From assembly GCA_964635905.1 (NCBI GenBank), contig CAZWPK010000002.1, positions 77,621 to 141,620 on the forward strand: a DNA stretch of 64,000 nt, written 5' to 3'. The DNA comes from an uncultured Pseudomonadales bacterium (lineage in GTDB: Bacteria; Patescibacteriota; Microgenomatia; UBA1400; UBA12028). The notes beneath the pieces were generated by a model. The model did no database searches. It was not told the origin of the DNA and saw only the letters and a list, made by a program, of their open reading frames with translations. This document shows, in pieces, positions 32,322 through 41,844 of this stretch. Within the stretch, counting starts at the first letter, position 1, and every line of letters begins with the position of its first letter. A program made the position numbers and the translations under genes.

Positions 32322-33368
32322 TCAAACTGAACTACCAACCTTTTCATATGCTTTTATGGTTTCTTTAGCAGTCTTCTCCCATGAGAATCGTGCAGCTTGC
32401 TCGACCCCTTTTTTAACCATTGCTTGCAACTGCTTATCAGAATATCGCAGCACTTTTTCAATTGCTTGTCGGCAGTCATCCACTTCCATTGGGTGGAAAT
32501 AGACAGCAGCTTCACCAGCGACTTCCGGTAGGCTACCAGCTCGAGAACACACGATTGGCGTTTTACATTGCATTGCTTCTAGGACGGGTAATCCAAATCC
32601 TTCGTAGAGTGACGGTTGAATGTAAAAGCTAGCTAACGAATAGACTCCTGATAGTTCCTCAACAGAATCCCCTTGTAAGGAATCGATGATCAACACTCTT
32701 TTCTCAAGTCCTAGTCTAGAAATGGATTGATGAATCGCTCTGCCTTCTGGAATAGATTGATTATTCATGCTTCGACCAACAAGAACCACATTCAGTTTAG
32801 GAATTTTGGAAACGACATTGAGCAAGAATGGCAAGTTCTTATTGTAATTAATATCTCCCACATAGAGAGCAAAATGTTTCGGCAAATTATATTTTTTCCG
32901 CACCGTATCTAGAATTCCTTGTTGGGGCTTTCGAATATCAGGGGACGCAGCTAAATACACTACGGAGATTTTATCGGATTTGACATGAAGATGATCGACA
33001 ATATCACGCTTGGAACTCTCCGAGTCAGTAATGATATGAGAAACAGATCGTAACGCAAACTTCTGTCTCCAAAAGTTTACCGTACCTTTAATTCCTTTCG
33101 GATAATGCAGTGGAAAGAGCAGCGGGATAACATCATGGATCGTGACCACAGTTCTGGCGCGTTTTGGGATCGGTAGGGTCGGAAAAAACAAATCAAAAAA
33201 AGGATAGTGGACGATATCCACCGTATTTTGTTCGATCGTTTCCGGCGTAAAAATCTGATGCGATGATGAATTCTCCCGTAGGGCACGGTAAAGCTCCGCT
33301 GTGTAGCGACCAATGCCTCGAATGGCACTACCGTTTGTAAGTGGTGAGGTATCAACAAGAATGTTCAT
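32322..33368 (-). CDS. GT4 glycosyltransferase (MtfB-like)
   Basis: RGIGRY, VTIHDVIPL, YNKNL, PSLYEGFGLPVLEAM, SLPEVAG, FSWEKTA. Start moved to 33368. Confidence 0.92.
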   Translation of the reverse strand: MNILVDTSPLTNGSAIRGIGRYTAELYRALRENSSSHQIFTPETIEQNTVDIVHYPFFDLFFPTLPIPKRARTVVTIHDVIPLLFPLHYPKGIKGTVNFWRQKFALRSVSHIITDSESSKRDIVDHLHVKSDKISVVYLAASPDIRKPQQGILDTVRKKYNLPKHFALYVGDINYNKNLPFLLNVVSKIPKLNVVLVGRSMNNQSIPEGRAIHQSISRLGLEKRVLIIDSLQGDSVEELSGVYSLASFYIQPSLYEGFGLPVLEAMQCKTPIVCSRAGSLPEVAGEAAVYFHPMEVDDCRQAIEKVLRYSDKQLQAMVKKGVEQAARFSWEKTAKETIKAYEKVGSSV

Positions 33369-33451
33369 TGACTGTACTCTACTCACCATTGTAAAAACAT
33401 TCAATCCCTGCTTATCACAAAATGCCGTGTACAATTAATGTAGTCCTACCT

Positions 33452-35146
33452 ATGAAAATACGACACTGGCCAATTTGGCACTCTCAAACCTTTTACCTGT
33501 TTCTGATTTTTGGCTTGGCTCTCTTCCTTCGAGTATTTCATCTGGATCAGATACCATTTGGTCTCCATGAAGATGAAATGATGAATGGGTATGTCGGACG
33601 ATTTATTCTGCTGAATGGGAAAGATCTGTACGCAAACAAATGGCCGCTTCTATTTTTTGACAATTTTGGTGACTATCCCAACGTAATACCTATGTATATC
33701 TCGGGTATTTTTACCTTTCTGTTTGGAGTTACTGCATTTGCTGTCCGATTTCCGATTGCGGTCATCGGTTCAATGATTGTGTTTCCAGTCTACAAAATTG
33801 CGTACTCAATCTTTAAAAACTCAAAGATTTCACTATTAGCAGCGACATTAATTGCCATTACCCCATGGCATATCATCTTATCTCGATCGACAGCCGAGAA
33901 CATTTTGGCAACAACGGTCTACTTTTCTGGTGTTTTCTTCTTACTGAAGTGGATTCATGAAGAAAAATCTAATCGTACTCCCATTCTGCTTTCAGTACTT
34001 TTTCTAGCTTTGACCTATGTACTCTATCCGGGATATCGTATCGTCTCGCCGCTAACCCTCTTTTTGGGTATCTTCTTTGCTGCCGATAAGAAACAGCGAC
34101 TAATTCTTTCGATCATTACACTCTGTTTCTTTGTGACAACCTTTGCAATATCAAGAACATATTGGGGGCAAGGAAGATTTCAGCAGACATCCATCTTCTA
34201 TTTCAATAATACGGTACAAGGGAGACTCGATGGTTTGGCGGTTGGTGAAGGTCAGATGAATGTCCTGACTGCCAGAATATTTCATAACAAAATTGTTGGA
34301 TATTCCAGAGAATTTCTACACCAGTATGTGTCGTATTTTTCGTTTCCGATGTTGTTTTCCCAAGGTGGTTTACCGGGAAGATATCGGTTAGATGACAGTG
34401 GCTTGTTGTATTATTCGTACTTAATCATTATTGTCGTTGCTTTTCTTTCCGTAACATTCCTTCCCCGTCAACAGAAGTCAAAAACTCCTTGGTCTACGGA
34501 ATCCAAAACTTTCCTTTTCATACTACTTTTATTTGCTATCTCCCCAATCCCTAGCTCCCTAACATTAGATGACGTTCCAAATGTGCATCGCACCGTCACC
34601 ATGTCCGTATTCTTTGTTCTTCTCACCACGTATGCGTACGCACAGATCGGGACGATTCATTGGAAGCGCTTTCAGTTGCGTTGGCTTCTTTTGGTGCTGG
34701 TAGGCATTGAAAGCGTGTATTTTTGGCATCAATGGATGACGCATTCCCCAGCGTCTCAAACAGTACATCGTGGAGATGATAGAACTGCTCTAGCCCGATA
34801 TATCATCGAAAATCAGGATCGTTATGATCAAATTTATTTGCCCCAAGATGCAAAACCTCTGTATTACCTGTTTTACTCCAATAGTTTTGATGCATCGCTA
34901 GCAGGACAATTCCAAAAGAATATTCGCTTATCACAGTTTGGAAAAGTTCACTTTACAAAAAATAATTGTCCTTCTGAGGAGATCCTAACCGCGATGACTC
35001 CACGTTCATTACTTGTTGATCGAGGCGAATGTTCAACGGCTGGACCACTAGAAGGAATTGCAACAATTAAACGAGTGAATGCAACGAACTCCTTTAGGAT
35101 TTACGTCTTAGCAAGTCCACTTCCGACTCCCGTACCATTGCGTTAG
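33452..35146 (+). CDS. GT-C glycosyltransferase (PMT_2/ArnT-like)
   Basis: LRVFHL..P.GLHEDE, GKD....WPL.F..FGDY, FAVRFP, PWHIILSR. Confidence 0.82.
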   Translation: MKIRHWPIWHSQTFYLFLIFGLALFLRVFHLDQIPFGLHEDEMMNGYVGRFILLNGKDLYANKWPLLFFDNFGDYPNVIPMYISGIFTFLFGVTAFAVRFPIAVIGSMIVFPVYKIAYSIFKNSKISLLAATLIAITPWHIILSRSTAENILATTVYFSGVFFLLKWIHEEKSNRTPILLSVLFLALTYVLYPGYRIVSPLTLFLGIFFAADKKQRLILSIITLCFFVTTFAISRTYWGQGRFQQTSIFYFNNTVQGRLDGLAVGEGQMNVLTARIFHNKIVGYSREFLHQYVSYFSFPMLFSQGGLPGRYRLDDSGLLYYSYLIIIVVAFLSVTFLPRQQKSKTPWSTESKTFLFILLLFAISPIPSSLTLDDVPNVHRTVTMSVFFVLLTTYAYAQIGTIHWKRFQLRWLLLVLVGIESVYFWHQWMTHSPASQTVHRGDDRTALARYIIENQDRYDQIYLPQDAKPLYYLFYSNSFDASLAGQFQKNIRLSQFGKVHFTKNNCPSEEILTAMTPRSLLVDRGECSTAGPLEGIATIKRVNATNSFRIYVLASPLPTPVPLR

Positions 35147-36039
35147 GTGTGTTGCTGATATGAAGATTCAACGTATTTTAGAAATGCGATCGGCCAGTGA
35201 AGTCCACTTAGTAGTGACCAAACAAACCCACTAAATCCATCTAAATAACCTTTGTGTCGAAAAAAGAGTAGCACAAAGATTTTGAGTGGTTGCCAAACCA
35301 CATAGTGGATAAACGATGGAAGAGACACGGGAACTTGGTTCGCTTGAAGCTGATCCGCAGTTAAACTGGTATAGCGATTTGCGCGCAGTAGGTACCGAGA
35401 AAAAGTCGGGTCAGCTTGATGAATCATCGGTTCGATCAACCAACTGACTCCACCAGTGACATCCATGGTTTCATGAACATCTTTACATGGCCAAACTGCA
35501 GTCCCATTTTTTACTAAGCGAATTACTCCGTCAGGAAAAACACCAGCATGCATCAGATAGGACCCTAAAAACCAATTTTTTCGAGCAATAAAATATGCCG
35601 TAATTGGCGCGGTTGTTTTATACTCTTTCTGATTGCGTAATTCTAGGTTGTGGTAATGGGCGAGGTATGATTTCCGAACGGACTCTGGTAGGTAATCGAA
35701 ATTGGATACAGTGGTTGAAGGGTGGACTCCTGAAATAACCTGCAAGATTTCATCTTTTAGCTCTGGCGTTACAATTTCGTCAGCATCAAGATACAAAATC
35801 CATTCCCCTTTTGCCTTTTCACCCACAGCCTGTTTGTTGAAGTGAAACATCTTTTTATTGGTCATGGGTACTACAGTCGCCCCAAAAGATTTTGCAACTT
35901 TTACAGTGTTATCCGTACTTTCCCCATCCGCTATTAAAATCTCATCTGCAAACCCAACCAAGGGAGGCAAAGAAAGTTGTAAGTTTTCTGCCTCATTATG
36001 TGTTGCAATGACTACCGATAGTTTTAATTCCTTTTTCAT
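35143..36039 (-). CDS. GT2 glycosyltransferase (beta-1,4-glucosyltransferase-like)
   Basis: SVVIATHNE, WILYLDADE, ARKNWFLG, PDGVIRL, VHE, KGYLDG. Confidence 0.88.
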   Translation of the reverse strand: MKKELKLSVVIATHNEAENLQLSLPPLVGFADEILIADGESTDNTVKVAKSFGATVVPMTNKKMFHFNKQAVGEKAKGEWILYLDADEIVTPELKDEILQVISGVHPSTTVSNFDYLPESVRKSYLAHYHNLELRNQKEYKTTAPITAYFIARKNWFLGSYLMHAGVFPDGVIRLVKNGTAVWPCKDVHETMDVTGGVSWLIEPMIHQADPTFSRYLLRANRYTSLTADQLQANQVPVSLPSFIHYVVWQPLKIFVLLFFRHKGYLDGFSGFVWSLLSGLHWPIAFLKYVESSYQQHT

Positions 36040-36494
36040 AATGCCGAAATATCAATTCGATTAAATAATGCGACACTGGGTGGTGCTAGCTCATAGTCAC
36101 TCAGTTTGTTGATATCAGCCCAGACGAATTCCTGATGTTCATCGCTTAATTTGACAGTAACCGTCAAAGCATCCTGTCTTAATTGTACTGCATAAACCCA
36201 AAACTTCATTTCACACCATACTTTTTCGCCGGTAGGAAGAATCTTTTCTGCTGCAGCACTACCCTGATCATCCACTAATTGAACTTGCTCTATTGGATAC
36301 TCTATTCCGGTTTCTTCAAACACTTCACGGACTAACGCTTGCTGTAATGATTCGTTCGGTTCAGCACCACCCCCTGGAATGTGCCAAGTCGATAAGTACA
36401 CACCCCCATGCACTGGATTCTTTTTGACCATGAGTAACTTATGGTCATGGCTTAAAATTAACGCTGCTACAATCTGACGTGCAATGGTTTTCAT
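36036..36494 (-). CDS. Nudix hydrolase
   Basis: Canonical Nudix box GGGAEPNESLQQALVREVFEETGI; LSDEH. Confidence 0.9.
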   Translation of the reverse strand: MKTIARQIVAALILSHDHKLLMVKKNPVHGGVYLSTWHIPGGGAEPNESLQQALVREVFEETGIEYPIEQVQLVDDQGSAAAEKILPTGEKVWCEMKFWVYAVQLRQDALTVTVKLSDEHQEFVWADINKLSDYELAPPSVALFNRIDISAL

Positions 36495-36498
36495 AGGT

Positions 36499-38172
36499 TC
36501 ACTGTCTCCAAATGACCCATACGGTCGTCATATCAGGACGTCTGATGAATGCAGTCACTTCTGCCTGAGGTGGAACAGCATCAGGACTAGTGGCGTAGAT
36601 TCCTGTAGTGCTTCCCACTGCGTCAATGAAATGATAATCCCCTACCTGCAGCAGTTCTAATTGATCTTTTGGAAGATCGGACTCGATGTGTTGTACAGCT
36701 TTTGGATCATAGTTTGAAAAGAAGAGATAGTACATTGAAGGCCGACCTTGATACCTGCTTACATAGACTTGTTCACCATCTTTCTTTTGTTTTTCTAAAG
36801 TGGAGAAAAGTTCCTTGTATCCGAATTGCCAATCATTTGCGCTGATCACTGGATACGCTAGTTGAGACCAACTTAGAAAACGGGCACCGTAAAAGAAGTA
36901 TCCACCGATTAAACAGAGAAAGATAATTTTTTGAAGTCGTTTATTGGTGCGTTCAAAAATCCATAGATAACCGAGACTGGAAAGAATCGAGAACGCTGGC
37001 GCTGCAATCAAAAACCGTAAGGCGTGCGGAGATGGAGTGACCAAAGCTGGCGCAACTGCTGCCAGGGCAATCCAGCCGACAATCACGATCATTGAGACTA
37101 GCTTTTGTTGTGCCATCCGATCATCTTGAGTTGTCTTCTCCTTTTTGGATCGCAGCGCTCTTACCAGTTTCAGTGAACCAATCAGAATCACTCCAACAAT
37201 TCCAATACTTTCAATTGGATAGAGTAGGCCACCGTTTCCGATTCCATGACGCAAATTTCCATCCCCTCTAAGAAATAGGAACGGGACGGAAAAATGGGAG
37301 AGCATCTGCCCCAAAAAGACTTCAGCAAAAAATCGATACCGATGAAAAAGGACTCGTGATAGGGTCGAATTTCCATGAGCCTCAATTGCAGCGTTACTTT
37401 TTAAAATTGGGTCAATATCTGAGAAGATTGACGTCTGTGTAAACCGCGACGATACAACGGAATTATTTAAGTTTAGAATAAAGGGCCCGATAAGTGCTAC
37501 CGCAACAATACTAGAGAGTAACGCTGAAAGCCAAAACCTTGGCAACAGTTTCTCTTTCCAATACTGAGTAAAGACAATACTCCCACCCATCGCCCCGACG
37601 AGTGGAGCAAACAAGCGTGCAGCATGATAGATATACATCGATACTCCCAAACACAACGCAGAAAGTAGTAGGTAGGGTGCAGTCTTTCTAGCTTTCAGAA
37701 GAAAATAGGCACCACCCAAAATAAAGGTCAAAGCAAGATTCACTTCCCAGCCTCCTCTCGAAAATTGAATCGCCCAAGGTTGAATTCCAAACAAGAAGGC
37801 TGCCAGAATCGCCGACTTTTTGGTAAACAGTTCTTTTGTGATCAGGTAGACGAGATACATACTGACAACACCCGCAATCGCAGAGGGCAAACGAACACTC
37901 CATGCATTCAGTCCAAGAGTAGAAACAAATGGAACCAGCGCATAAAAATACCCACTTGGTTTGTAGTCTCCAAACGATGGAAAGGCTAAAACAGGCAAAG
38001 TATTCCCATGATGATCTTTTCCAGTTTTTGCGATGGAGTAGGCATCGTAGCCTAACGCAACTTCTTCCCAATATAATGATGGGGGTACGGAATCGAGCTT
38101 ATAGAGTCGCAAAAATGATGAGACAACTAGAATGAAAAAAAGTACGATCGATGAGGATGATAGTCGTTTCAT
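36499..38172 (-). CDS. GT-C glycosyltransferase (PMT_2/ArnT-like)
   Basis: LRLYKLDSVPPSLYWEEVALGYDAYSIAKTGKD, FPSFGDYKP, VRLPSA, PWAIQFSR. Start 38172 by ATGA overlap. Confidence 0.85.
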   Translation of the reverse strand: MKRLSSSSIVLFFILVVSSFLRLYKLDSVPPSLYWEEVALGYDAYSIAKTGKDHHGNTLPVLAFPSFGDYKPSGYFYALVPFVSTLGLNAWSVRLPSAIAGVVSMYLVYLITKELFTKKSAILAAFLFGIQPWAIQFSRGGWEVNLALTFILGGAYFLLKARKTAPYLLLSALCLGVSMYIYHAARLFAPLVGAMGGSIVFTQYWKEKLLPRFWLSALLSSIVAVALIGPFILNLNNSVVSSRFTQTSIFSDIDPILKSNAAIEAHGNSTLSRVLFHRYRFFAEVFLGQMLSHFSVPFLFLRGDGNLRHGIGNGGLLYPIESIGIVGVILIGSLKLVRALRSKKEKTTQDDRMAQQKLVSMIVIVGWIALAAVAPALVTPSPHALRFLIAAPAFSILSSLGYLWIFERTNKRLQKIIFLCLIGGYFFYGARFLSWSQLAYPVISANDWQFGYKELFSTLEKQKKDGEQVYVSRYQGRPSMYYLFFSNYDPKAVQHIESDLPKDQLELLQVGDYHFIDAVGSTTGIYATSPDAVPPQAEVTAFIRRPDMTTVWVIWRQ

Positions 38173-38825
38173 AAATGAATTGTCTGAATGCATGTCGAAT
38201 ATGCCGGATCTAAGATCCTCTTTTGATGACGATACACTTCCACGGTGGAAATTGACAGCGGACCAAAATTTGTATGCCGATTGTTCTTTAACATCTGAAT
38301 ATATCCTGCCTTCGGAGGATGACAATACCGCGATAAATTCACCCAACCCATGTATTCATAACTCGACAAATGTGTTGTGTAGTCATCTCCATGAATAGAT
38401 AGTTGGCTACGAATGGCCTGTCGAAGTGAAAAGATTGAAAAATTTTGAGGATAGGCTGACACCGAACAAGAATACTGATTGGTTGCCGCCCCCAGAAGCT
38501 CAAATTGCATTGGAACTGTCAGAACGGATTGTAGAACTGCTGCTAATCTTGTCTGGTCATACTCTTCAGGTATTCGACCCAAAATTGTCAAATGGTAGAG
38601 TGAAATTGGATAATAGAACTGATTTGGATCTTCTGCCTCTAGCTTCTCTTGAAACATTTTTAGCATTCCAGTACTTTTGGAGTCTAATCTGCCAACAATG
38701 GTGATGTGAGTAGGTTCAATGGCGAAATCATACGAAACAACATCTGTGGCTTTAAACTCATCGAGTTGTGTACTACTTTGACGGGAAAATTGCTCGAAAA
38801 TGGAAGGGTCATCAACGGTGTTCAT
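38169..38825 (-). CDS. 2H-phosphoesterase/2'-5' RNA ligase-like protein (degenerate)
   Basis: DPNQFYYP..LYHLTI first motif; the second motif position reads WVNLSRY. Confidence 0.5.
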   Translation of the reverse strand: MNTVDDPSIFEQFSRQSSTQLDEFKATDVVSYDFAIEPTHITIVGRLDSKSTGMLKMFQEKLEAEDPNQFYYPISLYHLTILGRIPEEYDQTRLAAVLQSVLTVPMQFELLGAATNQYSCSVSAYPQNFSIFSLRQAIRSQLSIHGDDYTTHLSSYEYMGWVNLSRYCHPPKAGYIQMLKNNRHTNFGPLSISTVEVYRHQKRILDPAYSTCIQTIHL

Positions 38826-39036
38826 ATACAAATCTTGGAACCGTTTTTCCATCTAGCTGCACCTGTTCTGTAAACATTGATAGTGGCCGTACCCATACGG
38901 ATGACGTTTTTGATTCGTACAGAGGAACATAGACCACCAATTTTTCCAGCGACTCACTATGCGTTGCAATTGCTAACACATAATAGTACTTCCCTTTGTA
39001 ATGTCGATAGGTTCCACCCACCGTTACGTCCAACAT
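38812..39036 (-). CDS. DUF1653 domain protein
   Basis: GTYRHYKGKYY.V..ATHSES.EKLVVY..LY...WVRPLSMF.E.V....PRF. Confidence 0.9.
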   Translation of the reverse strand: MLDVTVGGTYRHYKGKYYYVLAIATHSESLEKLVVYVPLYESKTSSVWVRPLSMFTEQVQLDGKTVPRFVYEHR

Positions 39037-39041
39037 AGCAG

Positions 39042-40580
39042 TTATTGTTTGACAACCCAGAAAGCTGGCTTTCCATCCGGATACCTAATCTCTTTGACTA
39101 AATTTGCGTTTGAAGGGAAATCGTTTTGAGTGCCCACAACAAGAACCTTCCCCTGTCCCTTTGCGTCGTTAAATGGCGTATTGGAGATTGAATAGTTTGC
39201 AAGTGCACCTTGTCGGTATTGAATAGGATTGAGCTGTTTAAAAAGCAAAAGATAGATATAGGCTTGGCCATAGGCGTTTGTAAAATAAATTTTATCCACA
39301 CTGGCTTCCTCAGCTCGAACATACTCTAGTAGTTCTTGATAACCATATCCGAATTCGCTTAACGCAGTTGAGGTTGAATAGGTACGGGTATAGTGTTGTA
39401 CATAGTTAAAACACGAATACAAGGATATGCAAATGATGGCGGCACTCAACACCCGTGGCATCAAGACTGTAGACCTTACGTTGGTTGGTAATTTCAGATG
39501 CGAGAACAAACTGGAACAGCCGATGCTAACAATAATTTGCACCCAAGGAAGCCCTAAGATCGCTCGATTGGCATGGGGAACATCCAATCCAATTGCTGCA
39601 GGAAGCACAGATATCACATACATCGTAGGAATCCACCATAATCTGCGAAAGTCTTTATGCAGCACAATACTACCTACCCCAATCAATAGTAATCCGAATT
39701 CAAGTGGGTAAAGTATCCCAATCTCTTTAGTACTATGTCGGTACGTGATGTCATTTCCAGAGAGTAAATAGGACGGTGCAAACTGCGTTGCGATGTGAGA
39801 AAAGAAGAGTGATATAGCTTGAGGGTTACCAACAATCGTCGTACTCATCGCTCGATCATTCGCTTTCCCAAAAAATGACGCATACCCTAACGGAAGCAGT
39901 AGAATTCCGGCGATAACACCCGAAAATAAAAACCATCTCAATGATTTAGCAATATCTCGGTACAAAATTGTAACCAGTACAATCACAAATAAGGGAACGA
40001 CTACTTTGGCACTATGATACGCATACAGCGATAGGGAAAATGCTAACGCCCCAAGCGTCCAACAGTAGGGTCGGTTTCGTGCCACAAGCCAAGACAAGAT
40101 ACCAAATGAGACAAGAAACGCTGCAAGCATCGATTCAAAACCAATACGAGAAAAATGAATCGCCCACGGAGAAATCGCCACAAACAGCATCGACAAGAGA
40201 CTAAGAAACTGTACTTTTCTATATCCATTGATTCCAGCAAAACGCACCAAAATCTGTCGTGTCAAAAAAAACGTTATGATGACTAACCCGATTCCACTAA
40301 GAGCGATGGGTAATCGGATCAAGAAAGCACTGGGCGAAAAAAATAAAAAGAATACAGAAGTCACATAGATCAGTAGAGGAGATTTGTAGTCGCCAAAAGA
40401 GCGAAACACGATGGGCATTCTCTCCAGCCATTCATCTCTGTGAACAATGGCAATTCCAAAAGCGTTGTATCCTATTGCAGCTTCATCCCAAGTTAATCCA
40501 TTGGGAAACACTCCTAACTGGTAGAGTCGTAGGACACTTGCCAACACCACAATCAGAAAAAAAACTACAATCGTTTTCAC
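39042..40580 (-). CDS. GT-C glycosyltransferase (PMT_2/ArnT-like)
   Basis: LRLYQL..P.GLTWDEAAIGYNA, FRSFGDYKSP, PWAIHFSR. GTG start 6 nt after TACAAT. Confidence 0.85.
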   Translation of the reverse strand: MKTIVVFFLIVVLASVLRLYQLGVFPNGLTWDEAAIGYNAFGIAIVHRDEWLERMPIVFRSFGDYKSPLLIYVTSVFFLFFSPSAFLIRLPIALSGIGLVIITFFLTRQILVRFAGINGYRKVQFLSLLSMLFVAISPWAIHFSRIGFESMLAAFLVSFGILSWLVARNRPYCWTLGALAFSLSLYAYHSAKVVVPLFVIVLVTILYRDIAKSLRWFLFSGVIAGILLLPLGYASFFGKANDRAMSTTIVGNPQAISLFFSHIATQFAPSYLLSGNDITYRHSTKEIGILYPLEFGLLLIGVGSIVLHKDFRRLWWIPTMYVISVLPAAIGLDVPHANRAILGLPWVQIIVSIGCSSLFSHLKLPTNVRSTVLMPRVLSAAIICISLYSCFNYVQHYTRTYSTSTALSEFGYGYQELLEYVRAEEASVDKIYFTNAYGQAYIYLLLFKQLNPIQYRQGALANYSISNTPFNDAKGQGKVLVVGTQNDFPSNANLVKEIRYPDGKPAFWVVKQ

Positions 40581-40712
40581 CCAGGTATTGTAGTATATGG
40601 ACAGCTCTTCCCGCTACTAGGGTGTCATTTACCTGTTTCTTTCCGTCCCCGGACTTGACATTTCTCGCTAAAAACGTGACTATTGCTTCTACTTAACTAC
40701 TTGGAGGCTATT

Positions 40713-41315
40713 ATGACCGTCACTCTTCCACCCCTACCCTTTGCACCGGATGCTCTAGAACCACACATTGATGCACAGACCATGCAAATCCATCACTCGA
40801 AACACCACCAGACGTATGTGGACAAACTCAATGCCGCCTTACAATCAGAACCGGGTGTTGAATTTAAAACCGTAGAAGAGTTATTACAACACATTTCTCA
40901 AGTTCCAGAATCAATCAATACTGCAGTCCGCAACCATGGTGGTGGACATAGTAACCATTCAATCTTCTGGCAATTATTAAGTCCGCAACCGAGCCAACCA
41001 ACGGAAGCGGTGAAGTCAGCGTTTGAACAAGCATTTAATTCTTGGGAAAATTTCGTTGAAACGTTCAATGGTGCTGCAACCAATCATTTTGGGTCGGGCT
41101 GGGCATGGGTGGTTAAAACACCGACAGGAACACTGGCAATAAAGTCCTATCCAAATCAGGACTCACCGTACATGGAAGGTAATACACCAGTTCTTGGAAT
41201 TGATGTTTGGGAGCACGCGTACTATTTAAACTATCAAAACCGTCGACCAGAGTACATCAAAGCCTTCTGGAATATTATCAACTGGGAAGAAGTTGATAAA
41301 CGGCTCTCCTTGTAA
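40713..41315 (+). CDS. sodA: Superoxide dismutase, Mn-type signature
   Basis: HHSKHHQTY, NHGGGHSNH, FGSGWAW, PNQD, DVWEHAYY. GGAGG SD before ATG 40713. Confidence 0.93.
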   Translation: MTVTLPPLPFAPDALEPHIDAQTMQIHHSKHHQTYVDKLNAALQSEPGVEFKTVEELLQHISQVPESINTAVRNHGGGHSNHSIFWQLLSPQPSQPTEAVKSAFEQAFNSWENFVETFNGAATNHFGSGWAWVVKTPTGTLAIKSYPNQDSPYMEGNTPVLGIDVWEHAYYLNYQNRRPEYIKAFWNIINWEEVDKRLSL

Positions 41316-41359
41316 CGAAACGCTACATACAAAAGCAATTGCCTGACTGATTGCAGAGC

Positions 41360-41827
41360 TTAGATCGCGATTTTTTCAACACGGTAGGATTTTTCTCCCG
41401 TGGGAAGAGAAATGGTGATGGTATCCCCCACGCTCTTTCCCAGTAAGGCTTGACCAATCGGGCTCTCTTGGGAGATCTTTCCTTTTCGTGGATCCGCCTC
41501 GTATGCGCTTACAATTCGATACACAACGCTTTGATGGTCGTGAGAAATCGTAACGACATTTCCCACTCGAATCTTGTCATTGGTTGTGGTCGATAAAATA
41601 TATCCATATTTCAGTTGATATTGAATCTGACGAAGCTGTCTTGAAATGGAACCTAGCTCGAATTTGCCATAGTGATAGACACCATTCTCTGACAAATCTC
41701 CCATTTCTCGAGCGACTCGAACCCGTTCCTTTACCGCTTCTAGTTCTAAGGTTCGCTGCCCTAATTCTTTGACGAGTTGTTCATGGGCTTCCCGAGTAAA
41801 CGGAATGGCTGGATCTTGTTTCTGCAT
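41360..41827 (-). CDS. greA: Transcription elongation factor GreA/GreB family
   Basis: AREMGDLSEN, EADPRKGKISQESPIGQALLGK. Confidence 0.9.
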   Translation of the reverse strand: MQKQDPAIPFTREAHEQLVKELGQRTLELEAVKERVRVAREMGDLSENGVYHYGKFELGSISRQLRQIQYQLKYGYILSTTTNDKIRVGNVVTISHDHQSVVYRIVSAYEADPRKGKISQESPIGQALLGKSVGDTITISLPTGEKSYRVEKIAI

Positions 41828-41844
41828 ACTGTGTGTTGACCGTA

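Noticed and set aside
36036-36494. GDP-mannose mannosyl hydrolase (gmm/wcaH) call for the Nudix gene
   Set aside because: It has a canonical REVFEETG Nudix box rather than the altered Gmm box, and is not adjacent to gmd or fcl.
40655-40690. TTGACA upstream of sodA as a full sigma70 promoter
   Set aside because: No convincing -10 at 16-18 nt spacing; possible but not supportable.
41335-41354. GCAAT...ATTGC inverted repeat between sodA and greA as a terminator
   Set aside because: The stem is only 5-6 bp with a large loop; too weak to call.
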